Shown: positions 47,305 through 58,122 of the stretch, one piece after another
Layout: the number at the start of each line of letters is the position of its first letter
Numbering within the stretch: the stretch's first letter is position 1
Origin: an uncultured Candidatus Entotheonella sp.
Lineage (GTDB): Bacteria > Tectomicrobia > Entotheonellia > Entotheonellales > Entotheonellaceae
Length of the DNA: 64,000 nucleotides
Direction of reading: 5' to 3'
NCBI GenBank assembly: GCA_965215335.1
Contig: CBDCDA010000002.1
Coordinates: 1,056,001 to 1,120,000 of the forward strand
Notes under the pieces: generated by a model
The model's input: the letters and a program-made list of their open reading frames with translations, nothing else
The model's database searches: none
What the model was told of the DNA's origin: nothing
Made by a program: the position numbers and the translations under genes

Positions 47305-47935
47305 TTACGGCCCGAAGAGCCGCTTCGCATACGCGCGCTGGTCCGCCTCCGTCACGATGTTGTAGCGGTCGAACATCACACGTGTCTTGTGCCCCATGAT
47401 CGACATGATCACCTTCTCGGGAACGCCCTGCAGGGACATGTTCCGGGCCGCGCTGCGGCGCAGGCTGTGAAACCAGCGGTGTCCCAGACCGGCTTCACGA
47501 CAGGCTTTCTCTCACGCCCAGCGGAACGTGCCAAGGTAACTACCAGCATGGCGGAAGACGTGCAGCGCCAGAGTCCGTCCCGCCTTGCGGGCCTGCCAGC
47601 GCCGCTCGATCAACGCAGCCAGTTCGCCTTGTAGCGCCAGCACCCGCACCGTGCGCCCCTTGTTCTGCCCCGGCTCCAGACGAATCACTGCGCCGGAGCG
47701 GTCCACGTTGTTCCACCGCAAGCCAACGATTTCACCCTTCCGCCAGCCGGTCAGGAATCCAAACAGAACCACGTCGCGCAGGTACTCCGGCAGGCAGGGC
47801 AGCAACGTGTCGATCTCCGCGCGGGTGAAAAACTCGTTGCGTACTCTCAACTCCGGCAGCCGTTTGATGACCGGCATCCTCGACACGAGATCGTGTTCGT
47901 ATCCGAGCCGGAAGGCGACCCGGAGAACGGACACA
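47305..47935 (-). pseudogene. Tyrosine integrase, C-terminal catalytic part, frameshifted and 5'-truncated
   Basis: [30 protein letters not shown] (R-HxxR-H-Y); frameshift near 47500; 5' end replaced by IS5 sequence. Confidence 0.88.
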
Positions 47936-47937
47936 TC

Positions 47938-48417
47938 TTGCCGACAAGGGCTACGACAGCAACCGGTTGCGCCAGGCGCTTGCCAGGCGAGGCATCCAGT
48001 CCTGCATTCCAGGCCGTGCCAACCGTAAAGAGCCAATCGTTTACGACACCGAACTTTACAAGAGCCGCGATCCGCCGTAAGGGTGAAGGTCAGACAGACT
48101 GGGAACGGCTGCGGCGGGAACAGGAGGCGGGCCTGGAGCCGGAAGCAGATCCGGACGAAGGCGAGTTCGATTGGTCGCAGGCCAAGGTTGTGATGCCGCC
48201 GTCGGTACGCATTGACCGGGTGTGCTGGATTTCTTCAAGTCCCAGGGGCGCGGCTATCAGACGCGCATCAATGCGGTCCCAGGCTCAGGACTCATAACCA
48301 GAAGATGACCGTGACAGCAATACAGATAGCGCTGTAGAAAGTGTGCGCACAGCGATCATGCCGCGTGGCGATGTGACGCCAATCCTTGAGTCTGCCGAAC
48401 AGGCGCTCAATAACATT
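47938..48417. mobile_element. IS5-family 3' fragment split by an inversion
   Basis: 47938-48068(+) ADKGYDS...YKSR continues at 48417->48282(-) NVIERLFGRLKDWRHIATRHDR; TIR GGCTCAGGACTCATAA 48282-48297; paralogue of 52431-53200. Confidence 0.8.
48069..48281 (+). pseudogene. brnA: BrnA antitoxin body (inverted away from its 5' end at 48418-48457)
   Basis: GQTDWERL, FDWSQA, RID, FFKSQGRGYQTRINAV; frameshifted and cut by IS5. Confidence 0.75.
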
Positions 48418-48688
48418 GCCTCCTCCAAGACATGCGCGTGATAGGCTCGTCTTTCATTTTTCCTGCCCGCCTAGCAGTGATGATTCTTTGGCGACTGTTT
48501 CGGACCGTGCAAACCACGACAATTTCGATCCTGTCCACAACACCGACCGCGAGCCGCCGGTCTTCGTCCATCCGTGGCGACGGTGTTTCCCAAACCGTGC
48601 CGTCAAAAATCCGAATGGCATCTTCAAAGTCGAGGCCGCGCTGCTCCAAGACTGACTTTCGCTTCTTCTCGTCCCACTCGAAATCCAT
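48418..48688 (-). pseudogene. brnT: BrnT family toxin (3' end disrupted)
   Basis: MDFEWDEKK...RGLDF...EDR...RIITARRA. Confidence 0.8.
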
Positions 48689-48716
48689 GGGAAATTCGTC
48701 GCATTCTTCCCTGGCT

Positions 48717-50033
48717 CAATAGGTCGGACAGAATTTAGGCCGCCCTGTCCGCGATCGTGCCATAGTTGCGAAGGTCTTGGTATTCGGGGCTGGATTTTTC
48801 CAGGCTATGTCCCTGGGCTAAATACCGAGAAATTCGCTCAAGTAGGTGTTGGTTGAAGGCGCGACGTTTGACACTCGCCATGGAAAATCCTGCCTGGCTA
48901 ACGCCGCTTTGCTGCCGAGCTTCCAGTTTGCCCAAACTCATAGCACTCGTGCTCGCATTGAAGTGAACATGCAGCTTGGCTTGGGAACGCGCTTGACAGG
49001 CACTCAGAGACGTAAACTGCTTGGCGTCTCGGAAGAGAAATTCGATCTGGAAGCGCGCTTTGTAGGCGCGATAGAGGCTGTGCACATCCACGTCGGTATC
49101 CGTGCTGAACAGCACCGCCCGCCGGTGAGTGCGGGTATCGACCACGAGCACCACACGCAGATTGCGCCGAAGATGCACGTGGTTGAGGACTTGGTGATAG
49201 AGCACGACGGCGTCGTCTTGGCTCGCTACACGCTCAAAGCGTGTCAGGTCGTCCCAATGGACCTTGCCGTCATAAGTCTTGGGTCGCCCGGGTCCTGGGC
49301 GTCCCGGTCCTTGGTAGAGATAGCGCAGATTGGCGTCACGGCGCAGCTTGCCAATCTGATGCAGCCCCAGGGCACGAAGTCCGTCAAGGAATTTACGTTT
49401 GCTGTAATAGCCGTCCGTTATCACATAGCGTAGATGATGGAGTTGGTGGCCACAGACCACGCCTCGCAATTGCTCCAGATAGGCATCGATACGGGTGCCT
49501 TGCACCTCAGAGGTCTTGTCGCTCGGCGGTGTCTGCTCAACACTGAGGCCATAGGCGCATCTGTCGGTGAGGTCGAGCCAGGCTATAGCCGAGACTTCCA
49601 GACCTTTTTCACTGCGCCGGTGGCCACTATTCCAGAAGGGTTCAAGACCATAGGTGTGGTTGCCACTTTTGGGGATGAAGCTGGCATCGATGACCAGAGC
49701 CTGTTGATGATCAGGCGGGATGACCTGGGTAATGGCCGCCTTGTTGAGTGCGACAAAGTCGAAGGGTCGGTCGTACCAGCGCGCAAAGGTGCGCTCGTGA
49801 TATGGACTGTAGCGGCTGAGATTGCGAAACGTGGCGTGTCCGGGAAGCATCAGGAGAAGTCCCAAGAGATGGGCGACGAATTTGCGTTGCGGTTTCTTGG
49901 TTTGGGCTAAGGTCGGCAGTACACTTTGAAGCAGTCGCACGGGGCGCCTCCATTCTCAGTTGCGTTGGCTACACAACTATAGAATTGGAGAACCCGTGCG
50001 GCTACCTAGCTGTCAAAACTGTCCGAAGTATTG
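48717..50033 (-). mobile_element. IS4/IS701-like insertion sequence
   Basis: Imperfect TIRs CAATAGGTCGGACAG / CTGTCCGAAGTATTG flanking the transposase. Confidence 0.8.
48735..49940 (-). CDS. DDE transposase (IS4/IS701-like), intact
   Basis: VIDASF, TDGYYS, Y..RFQIEFLFRDAKQ (YREK). Confidence 0.88.
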   Translation of the reverse strand: MRLLQSVLPTLAQTKKPQRKFVAHLLGLLLMLPGHATFRNLSRYSPYHERTFARWYDRPFDFVALNKAAITQVIPPDHQQALVIDASFIPKSGNHTYGLEPFWNSGHRRSEKGLEVSAIAWLDLTDRCAYGLSVEQTPPSDKTSEVQGTRIDAYLEQLRGVVCGHQLHHLRYVITDGYYSKRKFLDGLRALGLHQIGKLRRDANLRYLYQGPGRPGPGRPKTYDGKVHWDDLTRFERVASQDDAVVLYHQVLNHVHLRRNLRVVLVVDTRTHRRAVLFSTDTDVDVHSLYRAYKARFQIEFLFRDAKQFTSLSACQARSQAKLHVHFNASTSAMSLGKLEARQQSGVSQAGFSMASVKRRAFNQHLLERISRYLAQGHSLEKSSPEYQDLRNYGTIADRAA

Positions 50034-50050
50034 CTGGAAAGGGACAAGAC

Positions 50051-50236
50051 ATGCAGGACCTACGGACAGCGGAAGAAAAAGTGTTCATCGAGGATCTGGA
50101 CGCCATGGGCAAGGAACTGGGAGAACAACTGCGGCAGGAGCACTTCAGCCGCGGCAAGCCGCTTATCATCGAGCGCGGCGGCGTCACAATGCTGAAACAC
50201 CCTGACGGGCGGGTTACGCCGGCCGATGGCGAGTGA
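50051..50236 (+). CDS. Small putative antitoxin partner of the zeta-like ATPase
   Basis: 61 aa, GKPLIIERGG; 4-bp overlap with the downstream P-loop gene. Confidence 0.55.
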   Translation: MQDLRTAEEKVFIEDLDAMGKELGEQLRQEHFSRGKPLIIERGGVTMLKHPDGRVTPADGE

Positions 50237-50853
50237 TAGAGCAAACGGACCCAGGCCGCTCGCTTTTAACCGTCATTGCCGGGCCGAACGGGGCGGGAAA
50301 GTCCACGTACGTGGAAGGCTTGGCGGCCAGGGGTTATCCTTTGGGTGAAGTGGTCAACCCTGACGTGATTGCCGCGGCGCTGCCCGGGCCGGACGCCACG
50401 CGGGACACTCGCGCCGGGCGGGCGGCCTTGCACCGCACCCGCGCCTTGATCGCCAGCGGTCAGACGTTCAGCCGCGAGACGACCCTTTCCGGCAGCGAAA
50501 TTCTCCGCACGATGCGGGCGGCGAAAGAGACGGGCTTCCGGGTCAGCCTGTTCTTCCTTGGCGTGGATTCCCTCGAGACGAGCCGTAGACGTATTGAGGA
50601 TCGCATAAGTAAGGGTGGGCATGGCATCCCCCCGCAAGTGCAAGAGCGGCGTTTCGATCGCAGCTTCGCCAACGCGGCCCGGGCAGCGCGGATCGCGGAT
50701 ACGACGGTGTTTGTACACAGCATGGAAGAACAATTCCAAAGCGTGGCCATGACCCGACGTGGAATGATGGCATGGCGTGCTGACATGCCAGGTTCCCAGT
50801 GGTTGGACCGAATCATCCGGGACTTGGGTCGGACAGCCTCAACGGGGCGCTGA
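50233..50853 (+). CDS. Zeta-toxin-like P-loop ATPase (predicted ABC-type ATPase family)
   Basis: AGPNGAGKST, NPDVIA, ETTLS, RISKGGHGIP. Confidence 0.8.
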   Translation: MIEQTDPGRSLLTVIAGPNGAGKSTYVEGLAARGYPLGEVVNPDVIAAALPGPDATRDTRAGRAALHRTRALIASGQTFSRETTLSGSEILRTMRAAKETGFRVSLFFLGVDSLETSRRRIEDRISKGGHGIPPQVQERRFDRSFANAARAARIADTTVFVHSMEEQFQSVAMTRRGMMAWRADMPGSQWLDRIIRDLGRTASTGR

Positions 50854-51080
50854 CGGACCTGAAAGTTATCGTGGTGTGTCCGCCCAACTGTCCCCGATAC
50901 GGCCGCCTGTCGCACGGTCTGGCGGTTCTCGGATCGGGCATTGGCAGCACGAAAGTCGGCAGCGATTACACTGCGACGAGCGCTGAAGCCAGCGGGACCA
51001 GCCGCACGACGTAGACGGGCGACAACCTGGGCACCATGCGCGGCATGAGTTCCGAAAGCCAGTAGGGACAGGTTGAGTGT

Positions 51081-52428
51081 ATGCAACCACGCCAGATTGA
51101 GAGCAACTCCAATGTCGCCTTGGGCAACCTGCTTCGGGGCATGCTGTCCGGTGTCGAGGTGCGTTCCGAGCACACGCAGGTCATCCGAGATCACCCAGGC
51201 TGGCGGCCCGACAATTTGATCACCACCCCCGGCCGCTCGCCCGTCATCATCGAGGCGGAATACTTGCCGGCCGCCACCGTCGAACCCGAGGCCAAGGATC
51301 GCCTGGGCGCCGAGATCGTTGACGATTCGCGGCCCGTCGAAGCCGTCATTGCCCTGCGCTCCCGAGACCCTCAGCCACGCCGAGGACCTGCAAGACACCT
51401 TGCGCGAAGCAGCGCTTTCGTGGTGCGCGTTCACCCAAGGTGAAGGCAAGATCCCGCACAGGTTTCCGGATGCTGGCTGGCTCGACGGTTCAGTTGACGA
51501 TTTGGCGGACCTGGTTCGCTTGGTATCCGTTCCACGACAGGCGGTAGACCGGGCCGTCAACGTTCTGGAGCGGGGCATCAACGTGGCTGCCAACCGGCTT
51601 GGCGAGCTGCAGGCCACGCGCTCGCACATCACAGCACAGATCGTTCGCCTGCTGAAATTGGCCGACCTCAAACAGACACACCGCATGGCCTGCGCCATCA
51701 TCGCCAACGCCATGGCATTTCACGACCACGTCTATGGCATGCACGCCGGCATACAACCCCTTGATGACGTATGCGGACCGCGCGTCGCCAATCCAAAAGC
51801 AGCCGTTGTATCGGCCTGGGATCACATTCTCACCATCAATTACTGGCCCATCTTCGCCATTGCCAAAGACCTTGTCAGCCAGCTTCCAACCCAGGAAGCC
51901 GTGAAGCTGCTGCGCTTGTTGCGAGACACCGCCAGCGAGGTGGCCGCCACTGGCGTCACCAACGCCCATGACCTCACCGGCCGCATCTTCCAGCACCTCA
52001 TTGCTGACCGCAAATACCTAGCGACCTTTTACACCCTGCCATCCTCCGCCGCGCTGCTGGCACGGCTCGCCGTTGCCAAAATGGAAGGTGTCGACTGGGC
52101 CAGCGCGGACGCTATTGGTGGCCTGCTGTCCGCGGTGTATGAGCAGATCGCCTTGCGCCATGAACGGGCCGGCGGCGACCTTGAGGCCCCCTGCACGCCG
52201 GGATGATGGAAGAGGTATTGTACGGCTGCGACATCGTGCCGTCTGCCATTCACATCACCAGCTCGACCCTTTTCGGGGCGCAGCCCAACGTGCGCTACGG
52301 TCGTTCGCGCCTGTACATCGCGCCATACGGACAGCAGACGGGCAGGTATACAAAAAAGGCCGGAGGCAAGGGGGCCGAAGTCAGAGTCGGTTCACTGGAA
52401 TTGTTGCAATCAGTCAGTCAGAGGGTAC
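51081..52428 (+). pseudogene. Fragmented type IIG/IIL-like restriction-modification (N6-methyltransferase) gene
   Basis: RPD..I....PVIIEAE nuclease-like start; HDLTGRIFQ.LIADRKYLATFYT; YGCDIVPSAIHIT; frameshifts; SAM-binding motif apparently deleted; cut by IS5. Confidence 0.65.
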
Positions 52429-52430
52429 TA

Positions 52431-53200
52431 GGCTCAGGACCTATAAAGGGTCATCATTGAACATATCGGATTCAAGACCCTGACTCCATGGGGAGGCTCA
52501 TCATGCCCGATCATCACTTCTGGCTCTCCGATGCGCAGTTTGCCCGACTCCAACCCCTGCTGCCCAACAAGGTGCGCGGCGTCCCACGCGTCGATGACCG
52601 AAAGGTCGTCAGCGGCATCATCCACGTCATTCGCCATGGCCTCATGTGGCGCGATGCCCCGGCCTGCTACGGTCCCCACAAGACCCTCTGCAACCGCTTC
52701 GTGCGCTGGAGCAAGGCCGGGGTGTTCGGGCGCATTGCACCGCTGCCAGCCTGCTGAAAAAGGGGCTTTTCCGCGTCAGATCGGGCGCGCCCGAGGCGGC
52801 CTGAACTCCAAACTCCATACGGTCTGTGACGGCGATGGCAAGCCCATCGTGCTGCTGTTGACAGCGGGTCAGGTCAGCGACTATCGCGGGGCTGATACGA
52901 TTGTGCCTGCTCTACCGGCGTCCGGGGTCCTGATAGCCGACAAGGGCTACGACAGCAACCGGTTGCGCCAGGCGCTTGCCAGGCGAGGCATGGCGTCGTG
53001 TATTCCGGGCCGTGCCAATCGTAAAGAGCCGATCGTCCATGACCGCGAGCTATACAAGAGCCGCAACCTCATCGAGCGTCTGTTTGGTCGTCTCAAGGAT
53101 TGGCGTCGCATCGCCACGCGCCATGACCGGTGTGCGCACCCCTTTTTCAGTGCCATCTGCCTTGCTGCCACGGTCATCTTCTGGTTATGAGTTCTGAGTC
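52431..53200 (+). mobile_element. IS5-family (IS427-like) element, internally deleted
   Basis: TIRs GGCTCAGGACCTATAA / TTATGAGTTCTGAGTC, TA flanks; orfA WLSDAQF..RGVPRVDDR, orfB GGLNSKLH, ADKGYD, IERLFGRLKDWRR; AAAAAGGGG slippery site. Confidence 0.88.
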
Positions 53201-53310
53201 TAGTGGGACACATGCACCTTGACTCGGCAAGGTCCTTCTTCTACGCTGCCACCCCTTCTTTCCACAGGCGGAAAGGACACATAATCAACTTCAGGTAAAG
53301 GAGAAAGATT

Positions 53311-54735
53311 TTGACACGACTCATGAAGGGTCTCTTGTTGGCAGGATTGGGGTGTGCGGTGATGCTGGGTTCCTCCTTCCGCCCTCCCGTACAGGCTCAG
53401 ACCGACTCTTTGACGTCGGCGGAGATCTCGGACCTCAGAAAACTGCTGTCCTGCATCAAGGCCATATCCGTTACGGGACGAGCGGACTCGTTGCCGGCCT
53501 ACGACGTCGTCTTCGAGGGCTGCAACGTGCACGTGCGCAACAGTCTCGGCAGGACTGACAGGAGCAACGGCGTCGGCAATCTCATCGTTGGCTACAACGA
53601 GGATGATGTCATGGTCACCCCGGATTCGGAGGATGGCGATTTCGGCACTAACGACCGGAGTGGGTCGCATAACGTGGTGATCGGCCCGGAGCATACGTAT
53701 TCGAGTTATGGGGGGTTGGTGGCGGGCTACCGCAACACCATCAGCGGCAGGTATGCCAGCGTTAGCGGCGGCAACAACAGTGAAGCCAGTGGTCTCGTCT
53801 CCAGTGTCAGCGGTGGTCTTCGAAATACAGCCAGCGGCGAGCATGCCAGTGTCAGCGGCGGTCATGACAACGAAGCCAGCGGCCGTCATTCCAGCGTCAG
53901 CGGTGGTCTTCGAAATACAGCCAGCGACAACAATTCCAGTGTCAGCGGTGGTTCCAACAATACAGCCAGCGGTTCGAATTCCAGCGTCAGCGGCGGTGAT
54001 AACAACGAAGCCAGCAATAGGGGTTCCAGTGTCAGCGGTGGTTCCAACAATACAGCCAGCGGCGATCGGGCCAGCGTCAGCGGCGGTTCTCGCAACGAAG
54101 CCAGCGATGTGGTTTCCAGCGTTAGCGGCGGTCATAACAACGAAGCCAGCGGCGAGTTTGCCAGCGTCAGCGGCGGTCATAACAACGAAGCCAGCGGCTA
54201 TTCTGCCAGCGTCAGCGGCGGTCATCACAACGAAGCCAGTGGCTCTTCTGCCAGCGTCAGTGGCGGCAGCTACAGCATCGCCAGCGGCGCGTATGCCAGC
54301 GTCAGCGGCGGCTGGAACAACGAAGCCAGCAATACGGGTTCCGGTGTCAGCGGTGGTGCCAACAATACAGCCAGCGGCATCAATTCCAGCGTCAGCGGCG
54401 GTGACAACAACGAAGCCGGCGGCAAGCGGGCCAGCGTCAGCGGTGGTCTTCGAAATACAGCCAGCGGCGAGCAGGCCAGTGTCAGTGGCGGTAATGACAA
54501 CGAAGCCAGCGGCAAGCAGGCCAGTGTCAGCGGCGGTCATACAAACGAAGCCAGCGGCAAGCAGGCCAGTGTCAGCGGTGGTCTTCACAACGGAGCCAGT
54601 GGCCTGCTCTCCAGTGTCAGTGGCGGTCGTGGCAACGAAGCCAGCGGCCTTCAGTCCAGCGTCAGTGGCGGCCAAGAGCGTACGGCTGCCGGCCCGACGA
54701 ACTGGAGAGCCGGCGATCTATTTGAAGACAAGTGA
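53311..54735 (+). CDS. Secreted protein with 21 x 15-aa SVSGGxxNxASGxxx repeats (probable beta-solenoid)
   Basis: RBS AAAGGAG, signal peptide ending VQA, GNLIVGYNE...GSHN domain, then regular repeats. Confidence 0.85.
   Translation: MTRLMKGLLLAGLGCAVMLGSSFRPPVQAQTDSLTSAEISDLRKLLSCIKAISVTGRADSLPAYDVVFEGCNVHVRNSLGRTDRSNGVGNLIVGYNEDDVMVTPDSEDGDFGTNDRSGSHNVVIGPEHTYSSYGGLVAGYRNTISGRYASVSGGNNSEASGLVSSVSGGLRNTASGEHASVSGGHDNEASGRHSSVSGGLRNTASDNNSSVSGGSNNTASGSNSSVSGGDNNEASNRGSSVSGGSNNTASGDRASVSGGSRNEASDVVSSVSGGHNNEASGEFASVSGGHNNEASGYSASVSGGHHNEASGSSASVSGGSYSIASGAYASVSGGWNNEASNTGSGVSGGANNTASGINSSVSGGDNNEAGGKRASVSGGLRNTASGEQASVSGGNDNEASGKQASVSGGHTNEASGKQASVSGGLHNGASGLLSSVSGGRGNEASGLQSSVSGGQERTAAGPTNWRAGDLFEDK
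53758..54672 (+). repeat. 45-bp coding tandem repeat array (21 units)
   Basis: AGyGTCAGyGGyGGy recurring every 45 bp. Confidence 0.9.
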
Positions 54736-55034
54736 TGTGGGACAGGGCGGACTTCGGCGTTCATGAGGCCGCCCGCGAACGGAACCAGCCGGCAAGTTGG
54801 CTGGTTTCCTCTCGTTCAGTGATATTGATCCGAGCCAAGTCAGAGCGGGCCGCCACACCCCGGCCAGGAACACCTGGATATGATGCTGAGCGCTCGATGA
54901 CGTCCTGGCAGCACTCCTCCCATGACCGTCGGCAGCACCAGCACTTTGACTCGTCAATTCGGTCAGCATGCTCTCCATCAACCCTTCAAAGCCGTTCGGC
55001 TCCAGTTCCCAAAGCTTCTTCTGATGATTTCTGG

Positions 55035-55385
55035 TCATCCTCTGGGGGCGGGCCTATCGTCCAATCCGGTCTTCGCAAGCGCATTGTCGAGCGTCACGCG
55101 TGTCACCTGAAAATGCCGTGCAATTTTCCTCCTGGTCATGTCGGGATCAAGCAGCATCGCCTTGGCTTTGCGCACCGGATCCGGCGGCAACTTGAGAGGT
55201 CTGCCGCCTTTGCGGATGCGCGCCCGGGCGGCCACCAGGCCAGCTCGGGTACGCTCCCGCGGAGCAGCGATCGCTCAAATTCCGCCAACGCCGCGAAGAC
55301 GTGAAAGACCAACTTGCCCCCGGCGCTCCCCGTGTCGATCACCTCGCTCAGCGACCGGAATTCCACGTCCGACACATGAGCCAGT
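55035..55385 (-). pseudogene. Serine recombinase (Hin/resolvase-like) fragment lacking its N-terminus
   Basis: FRSLSEVIDT.S..GKLVFHVFAALAEFER, frameshift, ERTRAGL.AARAR..KGGRP, C-terminal HTH. Confidence 0.82.
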
Positions 55386-55544
55386 TCATCAAAGCAGGCG
55401 CCAGCATACGGGATAGCGGTAGAGACACCCGAGAGGTATCGCGTCACAGAACGACCTCGCGCCCTTCCTCGCATGAGCGCGTGAAGTCGATATTCGCCCC
55501 GACCAGCGGCGAACCGCCGCAACGCCTCCAGGATGCCTCCCCGG

Positions 55545-56800
55545 TTCGGTGATTCGAATGGCTCCGGCAAGTGCTCCACGACATGGACGGTCTCCGCGCT
55601 GACGTGCACGATCCGCCGAACTGCCGCGATCAGGTCACGCGGGTCGTCGAACCAGCCGTTGGGGTCGTTGACGATGCCGCTCTCCTTGTCCCGGGTGATC
55701 CGGTAGCGGTCGATGAACCACTCCAGCGGTGTCCGTCCGTTGACCTGGTACTGGTGCGCCGCGACCGGAATGCCGCTCAGCCGGATGAAGTCGTTGACGA
55801 TGGGGGTCGTCTTTTCGTCGTCGGCGTATTTCATCGCGCGCTCGCCGATCCGGTAGTGTTCCGGTTTCGGCTCTCCAGGTTGCGTGAACTCAATGCTCAG
55901 GGGGTATTCCTGGCAGGTCTCGTAATCGAGATGAATGGCTGCGAGGGCGCTACCGGCATCGGCGAAGGCGTGAAAATCCGCCGCAAAGGGAACGCGAGGC
56001 AGGTCCTTCGCCAGATCGTTGGCGAAGCGCCTCCGGTAATCGGGCGCATGGAGGATGCCGTAGACGTAATCGAAAATTCCGTCCTTGGTAATCGCTCTGT
56101 CGCCGTAGTGCGTCTGGAAGGCGAGAAGGGCGGCGTCGGTGATGTTGTCGATGCGCTTCAGCCCTTTCGCGTCATAAAGCTCGCCCTAACTGTCGGACCC
56201 TTGCTGGTCTCGTTCGTACCTGTATCGCGGGAAGCACTGGCCAAATGCCACAAGGTGAAGGTCCGGCATCATATCGACGATGAGGGCGGAAAACGGCTTG
56301 GTGGAGCCGACGCCCGGCACATAGATGGCGCGGTTGTCGCTATCGGCAGCCGGGAAGATGCGGTCCATCTGGTACTTACAATTCACGAGCACATAATCGA
56401 CGTAGCAGTGTTGCTTGACGAAGGGCCGGTATTGTGTCGTCCAGACGTTATCCGGCGAATAGACGACCCCCTTGTTCCGCCGCAGATTGTCCTTCAGAGC
56501 CCTGTCCCACCGCAGATTCGAAGAGTAGCGGCCGGCGGCCTGATCGACGGTGTAATCGGCGTGTTCTTCACGAACCAGCATGGCGCCCTGATAGTCACCC
56601 ACCATCGCGTAGGCGTTCGTCGCGCAGGCATCGCGGGAGAAGTTATAGATGTAGGCATCGCGGCTGGTCTTGTAGCCGTTGCTGAACAGCCTGAAGATCG
56701 CCTCGTCCGTCTGGCCCGCTTTTGCCGCTTTCGATCCCACTGGATAGAGCTTCTGGAACGCCTCATCGCGCTGACCGATCCAGTCGTGGTGCCGATCGGG
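55545..56800 (-). pseudogene. Type ISP restriction-modification enzyme, C-terminal fragment
   Basis: DWIGQRD, KTSRDAY.YNFS, YRPF, QCFPRY, IFDYVYGILH..DYR.RFANDL.KDLPRVP, NGRTPLEW.IDRY; frameshifted. Confidence 0.8.
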
Positions 56801-56919
56801 CCTACAGGATCGTGACCGCCACCGGCGCACGAGAATCCTGGCCGAACACCTTGCCACCCTCCCGGCGCGAGCGTTCGCCTTGGGTGCGCTGATTCCCCCG
56901 CAAATTCAGGACGTGAATC

Positions 56920-57190
56920 GAACGACCGGCGCGAGGCCGCGGCCTCGGAGCGGGTCCTTGCGCAGTGCGAGAGCACCGAGAGGGCGCCGCTGGTATGCCA
57001 CGCTGAACCCGCAGCCGGCCGGCACCACGGTGGAAGGCCGGGTGCCGACGACGCGCTGGAGCTTTACGACGACAACGGAAACGGCAGGATCACATGCAAG
57101 GAAGCGAGGCACCACGGCATCGCACCGGTGCCACGTGGCCATCCGGCCTACCCCTACATGCGCGATGCCGACCATGACGGCGTGATGGCC
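56920..57190 (+). pseudogene. Excalibur calcium-binding domain fragment
   Basis: ALELYDDNGNGRITCKEARHHGIAPVPRGHPAYPYMRDADHDGV. Confidence 0.65.
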
Positions 57191-58122
57191 GATACGAGCG
57201 ACCGTAAAGGGAGATCGACGCCGCTTTGTCTGGATTTCCGGTCACGGCGTAGCCCAACTTCGCCGTGCTCACCACGCGGGGCCGGTCATGCTTCTCATCG
57301 GTCGTTTCCGCGGCCGTCGTCTGCCCTGACTCGCATCCACCTGCAGATTGCGCTGCCCGGTCCGCCTTCGTGGGCCTTTGGGATACCTGAACGTCGGTGG
57401 TCGCCACGAAGACGACACTTCACGGCCGCATTGGCAACCGTGCTGACCAAAACCCCCTCCACGCCGATCACCGCGCCCCTGCCGCCGCCTCCGATCACGC
57501 CGCCCGTCACCAGGCCCGCCAAGGTGCCCCCATACCTGGAGTTGAAGGAAGCCCGGATTTCAGTTGAGGCCGCAAAGAAATGACGCCAAGCCCGTGCCGA
57601 ATGCCGCACCGGTTGTCAATTGGACTTGGCCAAATCTGCAAAGGGCAATCTACGGCAGGCTTGACAGGAGGCCAATAGCGGGGAGGGGTAGAAGCCGACG
57701 ATCGGACAGTTCTGAAGTCGTCTCCCGAAGCGGGGAATCACCTTATCGTGTGGCGTCAAGGCACGTCCATGGTCAGGAGGACATGTTCTTCGAGATTCGT
57801 TGTCTGGACGACGCCTGCGATGGCGCCGAGCATGCCGGGCAGCAGGTCAGTCGGGTGGCCTGGAGCGTGTCTTGATGGTGCCGAGGTTCGGAAGGCCCAT
57901 AGCCGGCCAAGGTGCATGCCAGGAACGTAGCGCCGGCACGCAGGTAAAACGGCGGTGCAAAGACCTGGGTCAGCAAGTCCGTGCCGCGTCGGGACAGACC
58001 AGACACCGGCCGAGTGGGTACAAGATTTCATGCGCTTTTTCTCCACTCTTGGGGACAACTGGGGACAAATTCGGCCCTGCTGTCCCCGGAAACAACCACT
58101 TCATCCGTTTTTAATCAATGGT

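Noticed and set aside
48709..50040. Target-site duplication for the IS4/IS701-like element
   Set aside because: Flanks allow CT or CTGG readings; cannot be fixed from this copy alone
53758..54672. Regular repeat array as a possible CRISPR
   Set aside because: Period is 45 bp in frame within an ORF, variation is at synonymous positions, there are no unique spacers and no cas genes
53200..54766. Long alternative-frame and antisense ORFs over the repeat gene
   Set aside because: Shadows of the repeat; only 53311..54735 has an RBS, signal peptide and non-repeat domain
54900..55038. LWELEPNGFEGLM..LTELT fragment resembling an Mrr-like nuclease start
   Set aside because: Too short to support a call
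57200..58040. Short ORFs and Pro/Gly-rich stretch in the island
   Set aside because: No recognisable motif or consistent coding frame
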